DNA of 64,000 nucleotides. Origin: Octopus vulgaris (Eukaryota). The DNA lies in NCBI GenBank assembly GCA_951406725.2, contig OX597816.1, positions 13,454,001-13,518,000 on the forward strand, written 5' to 3'. Position numbers and translations under genes: made by a program. The notes under the pieces are model-generated. The model ran no database searches and had not been told where the DNA came from. It saw only the letters and a list, made by a program, of their open reading frames with translations. The first letter of the stretch is position 1; each line of letters opens with the position of its first letter. Shown in pieces: positions 13,722-24,932 of this stretch.

Positions 13722-14090
13722 TGTTTCATTTCATTTGCCATAGAGGCAGTACAAAGATGGGTAGCTTTGCGGACTGGACAAGACATTGATGAGGCGAATG
13801 ATAATAATACAAGATGATAAGGATGGGAGAAAACAGAAAGCGCCCGCCGACCTTCTGCTTCTCTATAACATTGTTCTTTTAATAACCCTCTTACAATTTA
13901 CAATATTTTACAATTTTTTGGACTAAGAAGTCCATTACAATTTAAAACACAATAAGACACATATTGAGGCGAAGAACCTCTTACCTCAAGTCCCCGATTA
14001 ATTCTCTTGCAACCTGCAGGCATCCCTGCATCTGCAAGTCGGGGTCCCAAGAAAGTAATCTATAATCTTCCCTTGGGAAGGAACCTGATG
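13722..14090 (-). mobile_element. 3' end of a gag/ORF1-only retroelement, copy 1 (ORF C-terminus plus 3'UTR)
   Basis: Minus strand encodes SGSFPREDYRLLSWDPDLQMQGCLQVARELIGDLR* (stop at about 13981-13983), homologous to the end of the ORF at 24286-24400. The 3'UTR shares blocks with 24034-24285. Confidence 0.7.
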
Positions 14091-14565
14091 TGTGAAATGA
14101 ATCATACTACATTGAGATTTGACTCATTCTTTCTTGTTTCAAGTTTTCTTTCATTACTGATTTCATTAATGACAGTCATAACCATTTTCCTCTTTCCAGT
14201 CTTTTTGTGTTTTTCCATTTTTATTTACTCGGTTTTCCTATTTCTATGTGAATAGAACTGAGGAGTTATCAACTTTTCTTTTGAACTGTTTTATTTCGTT
14301 TGAATCTGATGATTCTGATTTAAGTCTCTATTTTCATCAAATCTGTAATAAAAAAGCAGCCTAGCTTTTGTATGATCATGGTTTCGATTCTCGCACCGGT
14401 AGTGTGTTGTATTTTTGAGAAAATCATTTAACTTCATGTTGTTCCAGCTTACTGAACTATATATGGGTTCCAGCAATAGCTGGAGATTTAAGCCTACGAT
14501 GGACATTCAGGGGGAATGCGTTATAGTCTCATTCCCTCATACTTTATGAAACCCAAGGTAAACTC

Positions 14566-14796
14566 CTATTTCTTTATTGCCCACAAGGGGCTAAACACAG
14601 AGGGGACAAACAAGGACAGACAAACGGATTAAGTCGATTATATCGACCCCAGTGCGTAACTGGTACTTATTTAATCGACCATGAAAGGATGAAAGGCACA
14701 AGTCGACCTCGGCGGAATTTGAACTCAGAACGTAATGGCAGACGAAATACCGCTAAGCATTTCACCGGGCGTGCCAGCGTTTCTGTCAGCTCGCCC
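14566..14796 (-). mobile_element. SINE family B
   Basis: Family-B body; imperfect TSD CCA(A/G)GGTAAACTC. Confidence 0.88.
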
Positions 14797-15442
14797 AGGG
14801 TAAACTCTGGTCGTATGAATCCTAGGGCACATGACGGGCCAGTGTATAAGTCTGTTATTACTTTATCGCCTAGTTTTATTAATTATAATAGGGTCATCTT
14901 CGTTGATATATAGAAAAAAAACCTGCTGTTATTTCATTCCATATTTCCACCTTTAAAAGCTCCTATTCATTGCTCTTCCATGAATAAAGTTTTGTACATA
15001 TTTTCTATTCGCGTCGTTCTAATTGTGTTTTTTGTTTGCTAGTATTCTGTACTATTTCAAAAGATTATTTTTATGTTTTGCTATTTTTTTTTTACATTGT
15101 TTTGAATGTATTAGGCCTATCTTCGTGACTTGCCTTCTATTTTTTACTGTTTTCTTTGAATTTGTCACATGTATTTTCCTTATATATACTTTTTTCTAAG
15201 TTTTCTTTATAGATCTATGATATTCTTGGCTTGCCGCTTTAAGTTAACTTTTTTGTGAGGATCCAACATCTTATTTAGACTCAGGCTATTTTTTCTCCAA
15301 ATTTTACAGGACTAAAACTAATGAAACTAGGTTAATATGGATATTACCACCAAATATTTATGAAGGAAATATTGCTCCGTTTATAATTGAATTATATATT
15401 TTGTAAAGTGTAGTTGTAAATTATGCATGTATAATAGCAACA

Positions 15443-15742
15443 TGGAGGTACAATGGCCCCAGTGGTTAGGGCAGCGGTCTCGTGGTCATAGGACCGCGGT
15501 TTCGATTCCCAGACCGGGCGTTGTGAGTGTTTATTGAGCGAAAAACACCTAAAGCTCCACGAGGCTCCGGCAGGGTGTGGTGGCGATCCCTGCTGTACTC
15601 TTTCGCCGCAACTTTCTCTCACTCTTTCTTCTGTTGGCCTGCTCGCTTAGCCAGCGAGATGGCGTCATTTTAAGGCTAAAACAATGCGAAGCGCATTGTG
15701 ACCAGCGATGTGTAGCAACATCTGATAGCCTGGTCGGTCACG
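15443..15742 (+). mobile_element. tRNA-derived SINE family C
   Basis: TGGAGGxxCAATGGCCCAGTGGTTAGGGCAGCGG head and GGTTTCGATTCC B-box; related to 17000 and 56894-57273. Confidence 0.85.
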
Positions 15743-16725
15743 TCTTCTGTTCATTTACCCTTTTTAATTTATTCTTCAGGCCTGAGGACTAACGTGTGGC
15801 TTTATTCATCAGACGATGTCGAAAACTGCATCCTCCGGGTTTCACATATTTAATGCATTCGAATCTTTGACATTGGATATGGTGGTAATATGTATTCCCC
15901 AATTAGCTTTGACTGTATGATATGGCTTTTATTTGCTTGGTTTGTTCTTATGTGATTGGAGAACAGAATCACACTGGTGTGGATTCGAACCCTGCTCCGA
16001 TAGACTGTTGACAGGGGATGTCAAAGAGCAAAACACGATCAACATTGTAATTCATTGTTTATGTGGTAAATATCAATGAATTTTATGCGTATTACTTGCA
16101 TAGTTAGCCTTCAACATTTCACTTCATATTAATCAACCACATCGCTGTTCTTCATATTTTTTTCTATCTTCTTCCATTTCTTCCTCTCCTTTTTCTCTTT
16201 CCTTTCTTCTTCTTGTTGTTGTAGCAATTTATTTGTTGTTCCTTCATAAATATTTGGTGGCAATATCCAATATTTACCTAGTTTCACTACAAACCTCAAT
16301 TAAATGTAGATTTTAGATGCTTAGATGTTTCAAAGAGATTTTATCAGTCTATATAGACATTGCCTTGTAATATTGTCTTCGATGTCTCTCATCGTAGTTT
16401 TTATTCCGTCGCCAAATTACTCACAAATCCTGCAATTAGCATCGATCTCTTGCTTTAATATCTTTGTAATATCTAGTCTTTAGTGTGTGATTTAGGAGCA
16501 ATCTCTTTCTATTTAGTCCTGCACTGTTCAACCATGCAATATTTTATGTTGTTTTTATTTCCTTGTCAATAAGTACTTTAAGTTCGCTGTAGGATTTTTT
16601 TTAAATACGTTATAAGTGCAGGCATGGTTGTTATTGTTTAGGAGTTTGCTCTGTAAACATGTCCTACAGGGTTCCATATGACCTCGAAACAGCATGGCCA
16701 TGTATAGTCTATTACGGTCTTCGAT

Positions 16726-16958
16726 AAGGCGGCGAGCTGGCAGAACCGTTAGCACGCCGGGCGAAATGCGTAGCCGTATTTCGTCTGCCGTTACGTTCTG
16801 AGTTCAAATTCCACCGAGGTCGACTTTGCCTTTCATCCTTTCGAGGTCAATAAATTAAGTACCAGTTACACACTGGGGTCGATGTAATCGACTTAATCCG
16901 TTTGTCTGTCCTTGTTTCTCCCCTCTATGTTAAACCCCTTGTGGGTAATAAAGAAACA
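16726..16958 (+). mobile_element. SINE family B
   Basis: Full family-B sequence; imperfect TSD TCTATTAC..TCTTCG. Confidence 0.88.
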
Positions 16959-16999
16959 TATATATTCTATTACACTCTTCGGTTGACTAATAAAATATC

Positions 17000-17382
17000 G
17001 TGGAGGCGAAATGGCACAGTGGTTAGGGCAGCGGACTCGCGGTCGTAGGATCGCGGTTTCGATTCCTAGACCGGGCGTTGTGAGTCTTTATTGAGCGAAA
17101 ACATCGAAAGTTCCACGAGGCTCCCGCAAGAGGGGGGAAGTGAAAACTGCTGTACTCTTTCAACACAACTTTCTCTCACACTTTCTTTCTGTTTCTGTTA
17201 TACCTGTATTTCAACGGGCCAGCCTTGTCACATACTGTGTCACGCTGAATCTTCCCGAGAACTATATTAAGGGTACACGTGTCTGTGGAGTTCTCAGCCA
17301 CTTGCTCGTTAATTTCACGAGCAGGCTGTTCCGGTGATCGGATCAACTGGAACCCTCGTCATCGTACCCGACGGAGTTCCAC
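17000..17382 (+). mobile_element. SINE family C with alternative 3' module
   Basis: C head; the 3' part (GGGCCAGCCTTGTCACA..CACGCTGAATCT..) is shared with 55890-56060 and with 60850-61010 (-). Confidence 0.8.
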
Positions 17383-17432
17383 GTAATAATATGTCAATGG
17401 AATTTGTTTGGCGGACTTTGACTAGTGTGTGT

Positions 17433-17647
17433 AAGGCGGAGAGCTGGCAGAATCGTTAGCACGCCAGGCAAAATGTCTAACGGCATTACATCTATCTTTA
17501 TGTTCTGAGTTTAAATTCCGCCAAGGTCGGCTTTGCCTTTCATCCTTTCGAGATCGATAAAATAAGTACCAGTTGTGTACTGGGGTCGATACAATCGACT
17601 TAGTCACACCCCCGAAATTGCTGGCCTTGCGCCAGAAATTGAAACCG
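17433..17647 (+). mobile_element. SINE family B, variant tail (GAAATTGCTGGCCTTGCGCC..)
   Basis: B head and core with a tail resembling 10700-10760 and 38715-38760. Confidence 0.8.
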
Positions 17648-17684
17648 ATATATATATATATATATGCGTGTATGCATTTATATA

Positions 17685-17734
<50 letters not shown>

Positions 17735-17737
<3 letters not shown>

Positions 17738-17880
17738 CAAAATAAGCAACAAGGATATCCAGAGGCATTGCAGTACGATCGTTTCATGCAACTCCATTAA
17801 ATTGTACAATGCAATAATTTCATTACATCAATTTAAAATGTAGAGCAGTAGAGCAATATCAGCTGCACAAAGTCATAGAA
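17735..17880 (-). mobile_element. Penelope-like terminal repeat with degenerate hammerhead motif
   Basis: Homologous to 41583-41702; minus strand TGCAG-CTGATA..GAAA-CGATCG-TA-CTGCA; adjoins (TA)n. Confidence 0.55.
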
Positions 17881-17978
17881 TTTAATTAAATTAGAGGGTC
17901 ACATTTGTATAATTTTACCCCAAATCTCCAAGAGGATAAGAAAACAGATAAAGAATATGTTTTGTCAACAGCATCACA

Positions 17979-18029
<51 letters not shown>

Positions 18030-18034
<5 letters not shown>

Positions 18035-19250
18035 AAATATTAGGGAATAAATCCAAACTTACAGGGAAAAATCAGATTTAGGATTAAATCCAATTTTATA
18101 GTATAAATATATTATATTATATTATATTATATTAAATTAGAGATAAAACCACTATTAGGCAAATCAAACAATGAAAAACATAAGCCAATACATAAAATTA
18201 ATAAATTTATATTATTTTAAATATATATCAAAAGTATTAAAAGTTTAATAAAAGATAAAGAGTAAAACACTACGATCGTTTCATGGCTGTATAATTCGTA
18301 ATAATTCGAGTTATGGTTACAGTCAATCTTCAGGTTAATTGAAATATCTAAAATATAATCAGAAATATTTAAACAATATTTTTAAGATATAAATAATATA
18401 ATAATTTTACTTATAATAAACTCTATTATCAAACTAGAAACATAAAACTTAACAATTATGATTATATCAAAATCGACTATAATGTTAAATATCAATTTCA
18501 ATTTATAAGGTAGGAAACCCACCAATAATCTAATATCGGTATTAGTCTATATCTAATTACATAAATATTTAAAAATGACTATTATATATAAATTATCAAT
18601 GAAAATATATAAATGTATATAAATATTAAGATCTAAAATAATCTCTATTAATAAATATATATGCACATATAATAAAAACCTAATAAATTAATTTTTCATA
18701 TTTAAAGATGAAATAGCTAATTTCAAAGTAGAAATAAACAAACTTAAGCGAACTTTCGGAAATCTTATGTAAAATACTTATAGAAATAATCAATTAGTAG
18801 TAATATAGTATCGAATAAATACTATTAATACTATAAATATAATTATCAATGGGAATAACTAGCGAATATCAATTTAAAGAAATAACTAAGTTATGCTATT
18901 AAATTAAACATGGCCTGGACCAATCTTTAGTCGAAACATATCTAAGTTTATCAAAGTTTATCTAATTTAATTATAAATTTAAAACTACAATTAATACTAT
19001 TAAAACATGTATATACAAAAGCCTAACTTAATACACCTCGTATGCTTGCTATCAAATAACAAATCTATCGCTATGTAGTATCTTACGAATAAACTTAAGT
19101 ATAATATCTAATTATAGAAAATTACAATAATTAGATCATTACATAAACAACGATATTTACATAAGGAAAATATTCTTACACCAAAGACTTATACAATATT
19201 AAAATTTACAATTTGAATATCTTAAATATAAATAAATACTTATCTTAGAG
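18030..19250 (-). mobile_element. Very AT-rich Penelope-like repeat with hammerhead-like motif at 18268-18336
   Basis: Minus strand CTGAAGA-T-TGACTGTA..TACAGCCAT-GAAA-CGATCG-TA; begins at (TA)n. Outer boundary uncertain. Confidence 0.45.
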
Positions 19251-19733
19251 ACAGAGAGTGTGGTAAGTATGTATGACTGTGTGTGCATACGACAATATTT
19301 GTGCCTATATGTGCACTGGTGTCAAAAAACTGAATCGTTTTATGTTGAGGCATCTTATACATTCTAACTTAGTGGTTCGAGAAGAAGGAAGCAATGTTTT
19401 TTAAGATCGATAATGATGCACTAAAAATTGAACGCAGTCCACAGCATATCTCCATGTCAGTGTGAGAATAAAAAAAAACTATCTCTCATTCGGTTTTAAA
19501 TGTCCTGTGATTCTTCGCTGTTTTTTGTCTGGAGATATTGAAAGATGTACTAGAGGCAGAATTGTTGAGGCAATAAATCTCTTCAGTTAATTACACTGTA
19601 ATCGCATAAATGGTATAGAATTTCTTACTGCTTTTTAAGTATTTCGCAACCATCCTTAAGCTGCCTCGTTGGAAGATTACGTTGCTGTGAAAGCCTGCCA
19701 CATCATAGCTAGAAGGTACGTGTAAGATTAGTG

Positions 19734-20390
19734 TTGAGTTGTCAGACAAATTCGTTAGTTTTTTGTTTTTTTCGATGTTATTTGAATTAACACGTAAATA
19801 TTTTTATCTTAGTGTTTTTCTGTTTTTCTTTTAATTCTTTTTTTTATTATTTTTAGTAATTCTTTTCTTCCTCGTCAACTTTTGTTTATCGTTTTTGAAA
19901 TTTGAATAATTTTTACCTCTTTGCAGACATCGGATAATGGAATGTCAAATAGGAGAAAAATGAACATTTTCAAAACCCACTTCCGTTCGCTTTCAGTCAA
20001 GGTTCCAAAGCTGTCAAAGCCTCGGTATTTCTGTTCAGCAGAGATAAGGCGAGATTAAGCGATTACGAAAAGAACAGCAGAGAAATGGTTTCCAGTCTTG
20101 AAAGAGGAAAATTTCGACTTTTAAAATTTCCAGGTTCCTGTTCAATTCAATTCAATGAGAATCATTTGACGAGCTCATCTACTGTGATCCGTACCAATTC
20201 GCTTGCGGATTAACCCAGCAAGTGGGATTTTCTCACGATGGCGTCGACTGTGACCTTCACTCGACGGCTAAGGACCAAACGACTCGAACTGCAACTCAGA
20301 ACGCTTGTTTAACACGACAAGGCTCTCCACCATTCTCACCATCATCACATTACTAATCTGATCAAAAATACTATTCAGTATTCGGGGTCA
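19734..20390 (+). mobile_element. Decayed mariner transposon (5' TIR plus transposase N-terminus)
   Basis: TIR-like TTGAGTTGTCAGACAAATTCGT. From the ATG at 19937, broken frames read MECQIGE.NEHFQNPLPFAFSQGSKAVKA..ITKRTAEKWF..LKEENFDF, like the mariner HTH region. Confidence 0.7.
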
Positions 20391-20686
20391 ATAAATTAAG
20401 TACCAGTTACGCACTGGGGTCGATGTAGTCGACTTAATCCGTCTGTCTGTCCCTTGTTTGTCCCCTCTGTGTTTAGCCCCTTGTGGGTAGTAAAGAAATA
20501 GGCATTTCGTCTGTGGCTACGTACTGAGTTCAAATTCCGCCGAGGTCGACCTTGCCTTTCATCCTTTCGGGGTCGATAAATTAAGTACCAGTTATGCACT
20601 GGGGTCGATGTAATCGACTTAATCCGTCTGTCTGTCATTGTTTGTCCCCTCTATGTTTAGCCCCTTGTGGGTTGTAAAGAAATCGG
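20391..20686 (+). mobile_element. SINE family B, 5'-truncated dimer
   Basis: Junction AAAGAAATAG|GCATTTCGTC at about 20501. Confidence 0.85.
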
Positions 20687-20822
20687 TATAATAACATTCC
20701 CAAGACACAAGATTTGTTTCAACACTGAAATTCACTCCAAGAATCGTTCAAACATTATCCAAAACCGAAATATTATTAAGTGATTTATTTAAATTATCGA
20801 TAAAAAAAAGGATGAAAACAAA

Positions 20823-21120
20823 TCTTTATATATAAAAGTCAAGTTGTGTGTCTGTCTCCTACAATTTAGATTCCTAACTACTCCCACATTTTTCGGTGCA
20901 GTGTAACCAAAACCGGATATCTTATAGTCGTGATTCATATCGAGCCCTTCTGGGTATTAGCGCGCTTCTACAATGAGTCTACGATTTAAAAAAAAATTTA
21001 CCATTATTTTTTGCCATTTTAATGCATTTTTTTGCTATTATATAAGGGAAGTAACTCTCTAAAAATGCTTATATAGTTATTTCCCTTACAAACCCGAGCA
21101 ACGCCGGGCGATACTGGTAG
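20823..21120 (+). mobile_element. Non-autonomous Helitron (family H1), copy 1
   Basis: A|TC start, subterminal hairpin CCCGAGCAACGCCGGG, end GTAG|T (CTAG in the other copy); near-identical to 33327-33710. Confidence 0.8.
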
Positions 21121-21964
21121 TTATCGATAAAAAAAAAGGATGAAAACAAATGGAAGATAAAGCGAAAGAATTTATCTGACAATCCAATAAATGACATGGC
21201 TTCGAATGAAATCGAACTCCAGTCATTCATATAACCACCGACCTCACCCTCTCACTCGGTTATTTGTATTCTACTACCACAAGTTGCTTCTAAACAGACC
21301 TTCCTTTCAAATACGGTGCAAGGACAATTTTGTTGGAAATCGATTCAAGCATTCTTAATATATCGATTTCTAACTTCGGTACAAAGCCAGGAAATTGATT
21401 AAATCGCCCTTGTAGTTATTTCAACGATTCCCAAAGGAGCAGAAATAAAGCCAACGGCGCTGAGATTTTATCTCAGAACGCACACTGACGTAACTAATTA
21501 CTTGAAGGTATTTTGTCCAATGCTTTACCATTCCCCCTCCCTCCGTCCTATCATATATTAAGAACGCTTATATCATTGAAGTCAGTTCAAATGCAGGCGA
21601 AATTCTTTCAGCTGGGAATTATTTAAACACAGAATCAGACCGTTGTGGATATGAACAGCGTTCAGATAGTTTGTTGGCACGAGATGTTAGAGAGAAGAGC
21701 ACTATGAACTTTCTAATTCATTATTTATATGTGGTAAATATCAATAAATTTTACGAGCATTACTTACACTGCTTCCCAGATTTTCTTGTCATGTTAAACA
21801 AACCCGTTATTATAACATTTGTTATTGCGTTGATTCTTATTCTTCGACCTTTTCCACTTATTTTCTTTTTTCCCTTTATTTTCTTTTTTCTTTATCATTG
21901 TTTCAAGTTATTTATTTGTAGTTCCTTCATAAATATTCGTTAGTAATATTCATACTTGTGGAGA

Positions 21965-22197
21965 ATGGCGGCGAGCTGGCAGAATCGTTAGCACGCCGGG
22001 CGAAATGTGTAGCCGTATTTCGTCTGCCGCTACGTTCTGAGTTCAAATACCGCCGAGGTCGACTTTGCCTTTCATCCTTTTGGGATCTATTAATTAAGTA
22101 CCATTTACGCACTGGGGGGTCGATGTAATCGACATAATCCGTGTCTGTGCTTGTTTGTCCCCTCTATGTTTAGCCCCTTGTGGGTAATAAAGAAACA
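21965..22197 (+). mobile_element. SINE family B inserted at the head of a SINE-D
   Basis: Exact 19-bp TSD AATATTCATACTTGTGGAG at 21945-21963 and 22198-22216. Confidence 0.9.
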
Positions 22198-22210
22198 AAT
22201 ATTCATACTT

Positions 22211-22478
22211 GTGGAGGCGCGTGGCTTAGTGGTTAGGGTGTTGAACTCATGATCGTAAGATTGTGGTTCCGATTCCTGGACTAGGGTGACGCGTTTATTC
22301 TTGAGCAAAACACTTCATTTCACGTTGCTCCACTCCACTCAGCTGGCAAAAATGAGTAACGCTGCGATGGACTGGCGTCCTGTCCAGCTGGTGGGGAACA
22401 CATACTCCATAGAAACCGGGAAATCGAGCCCATAAGCCTGGCTAGGCTTTAAAAATGGGCGCATTTTTTTATTTTTTT
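22211..22478 (+). mobile_element. tRNA-derived SINE family D
   Basis: GTGGAGGCGCGTGGCTTAGTGGTTAGGG head and CTTGAGCAAAACACTTCATTTCACGTTGCTCCAxTCCACTCAGCTG core; TSD AATATTCATA(C/T)TTG. Confidence 0.85.
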
Positions 22479-22583
22479 AATATTCATATTTGCACTACAA
22501 ACCTCTAATAAATGTAAGTTTCAGATGCATAGATATTTCAAATAGATCTTATAAGTACACACACACAAACACAAGCATACACA

Positions 22584-22879
22584 CATGGGATTGCACCTAG
22601 ACACAAGTCCAGGCAAGATTGTTTATGGAAGACCAGCAGTCGCCCATGCATACCGGCCTCCCCTCCCCACGCCACCAGTGTTATCCAAGGGAAAGGCAAA
22701 GGCCAATATAGCTTGGCACCTGTGACGTCGCAACTCATTCCTAGAGCTGAGTGAACTGGAGCAACGTGAAATAAAGTATCTTGCTCAAGAACACAACACG
22801 CAGCCCGGTCCGGGATTCGAACTCACAACCTCCCGAACGCAAGCTCGACGCTCTAACCACTGAGCCATGCGTCTTCACT
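22584..22879 (-). mobile_element. tRNA-derived SINE family E
   Basis: Minus strand GTGAAGACGCATGGCTCAGTGGTTAGAGCG head; same family as 53797-54144. Confidence 0.85.
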
Positions 22880-23215
22880 TTAGACATAACGATATTAATA
22901 ACCTGGTGTTGGAACTCAATATAGATATGCTTCAGAACAAAGCGCCAGTCGAGTACTGAGCATTAATAAGAAAATAAAATGAAAAAGGAATAAGAAATTA
23001 TATAATGAACTTCATTAGCCTACTGTTGTTTCCGCTGAGAGATGCAATGCACTCATAGAAGATTGCTTGTGTGTCACCCTATAGTTTCATCAGAGCTCTT
23101 TAAAGCTTCGATGTAAGGTGATAAGCAAACATTCAACTATGAATGCATTACAACTTATAATAGAAACAGTTTTACGCTAATGACATTATTTCTTGTTCCC
23201 TTGTCGTTCTAATTC

Positions 23216-23276
<61 letters not shown>

Positions 23277-23644
23277 TGTGTATATTTAGGGATAAACTAC
23301 TAGGTGGATAACCAATATGCTAGAAGTAGATATTCAGATTTTTTTATATAGGCTAAGCTACTGGTTTTAAATTGGTATTAATTAAATTAATATTCAATTT
23401 ACCTCCCTCATTATTTAAATTTATATATATATATATATAAACTGTATTCAATTAATAGAAGAAAAGAAAATGGAGAGTTGAAAGTTAATGATTATTTATT
23501 AATAAACTGATAATTCTTACTTCCTACAGCTGTTTCCATTTCTGCTCACTAAAAAATTACAAATTTATGCTTTAAATCTGCATTTATAAGTTATGCAATT
23601 ATGAGCAGAATTTCATATTTATGTGCGTGTGTGTGTTGTAGTAT

Positions 23645-24033
23645 ACTCTTACTCTTTAGTCTTTTACTTGTTTCAGTCATTTGATTGTGGCCATGCTGGA
23701 GCACCGCCTTTTAGCCGAGCAAATCGACCCCAGGACTTGTTCTTTGTAAGCCTGGTACTTATTCTATCAGTCTTTTTTGCCGAACCGCTAAGTTACGGGG
23801 ACGTAAATACACCAGCATCGGTTGCCAAGTGATGTTGGGGGACAAACACAGACACACAAACATATATACACACACATACACACACATATATATACGACGG
23901 AGTTCTTTCAGTTTCCGTCTACCAAATCCACTCACAAGACATTCGTCGGCCCGAGGCTGTAGTAGAAGACACTTGCCCAATGTATCACGCAGAGGGACTG
24001 AACCCAGAACCATGTGGTTGGTAAGTAAGCTAC
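23645..24033 (-). mobile_element. SINE family A lacking its first ~25 nt (A-box), fused to the 3' end of an ORF1-like element
   Basis: Match to SINE-A stops at AAGCTAC (24033), within 2 nt of the breakpoint at 13721. Confidence 0.88.
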
Positions 24034-24932
24034 ATTATTTGAAAAATGTTGCCACTAAGGCATTACACAGAGTAGCTTTGCGGGCTGGGCAGGAACATTA
24101 ATAAGATGAATGATAAAAAAGATGAAAATGATATTGATGGGAGAAGACAAAAATGCCCGCCGATTTTTGCTTCTCTAATATATTATTCTTTTTTTTAAAC
24201 ACAAAATGAGGTATTAAACCTCTTACGTTAATTTAACAAATCTTTTGTCTTTCACACGAAAATGAGGCAATAAACCTCTTACACTTTACTGAGACATTAA
24301 TAATCTTGCAGCCTCCTGGTAACGGTGCAGCCGCACTTCGGGTCTCCAAACAAAATAATTGAAATCTTTCTTCGAATAGCACGTTGCTATTCGAAGAAAA
24401 TCATCTTCTTTCATCAACAGTGCCACCACCTGCGGCGGCCAATGATAAGTACCAGTACAGGCCAATTCTATCAGGTCCTGCCCCACCAGAAAACTCCTTA
24501 CGAAGTTTTCAACAACCCCTCCCTTGAAATAGAATACCACATATTCTTTAATTTCACTGGGAAGGTCCACCTCTTCCGCTGTCGGTGGCACGATTCCCAC
24601 CGAAGAGACCTCGGGACATGCCGGAGGTGTGAAATGCACACCTCCGGCACTGTCTCATTCTTTTTTTCTTTTCTTTTTCAACTTTGTTGCGGGAGGGGCT
24701 GGCTCCTTCGCCATATCCTCAGGAACCTCGCCTCCACCCGCAACCTTGGGATCCCTCGGGGAGCAACCATTGTTGCTCCCATTCTTCCTCTTTCTTCCCC
24801 TTTTTCCGGGGGAAGTTACTCCCTCCTCATCCATCTCTCCTTCCGGAAGAGGAGGGGGAGTTCTGCCACAACTAACTGCTCCAGGACTCTGCTCTGGTCC
24901 TGGGGACAGTTTTTCTTAATGTGGCCAGATTC
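24034..24932 (-). mobile_element. 5'-truncated gag/ORF1-only retroelement, copy 2 (zinc-knuckle end, P/E/K-rich linker, ~100-aa C-terminal domain, 3'UTR)
   Basis: Minus strand reads ESGHIKKNCP (second half of a CX2CX4HX4C knuckle), one frameshift, PGPEQSPG..KKKRKKE*DSAGGVHFTPP..KDFNYFVWRPEVRLHRYQEAARLLMSQ* (stop 24286-24288), then a ~250-nt UTR with no endonuclease or RT ORF. Confidence 0.72.
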
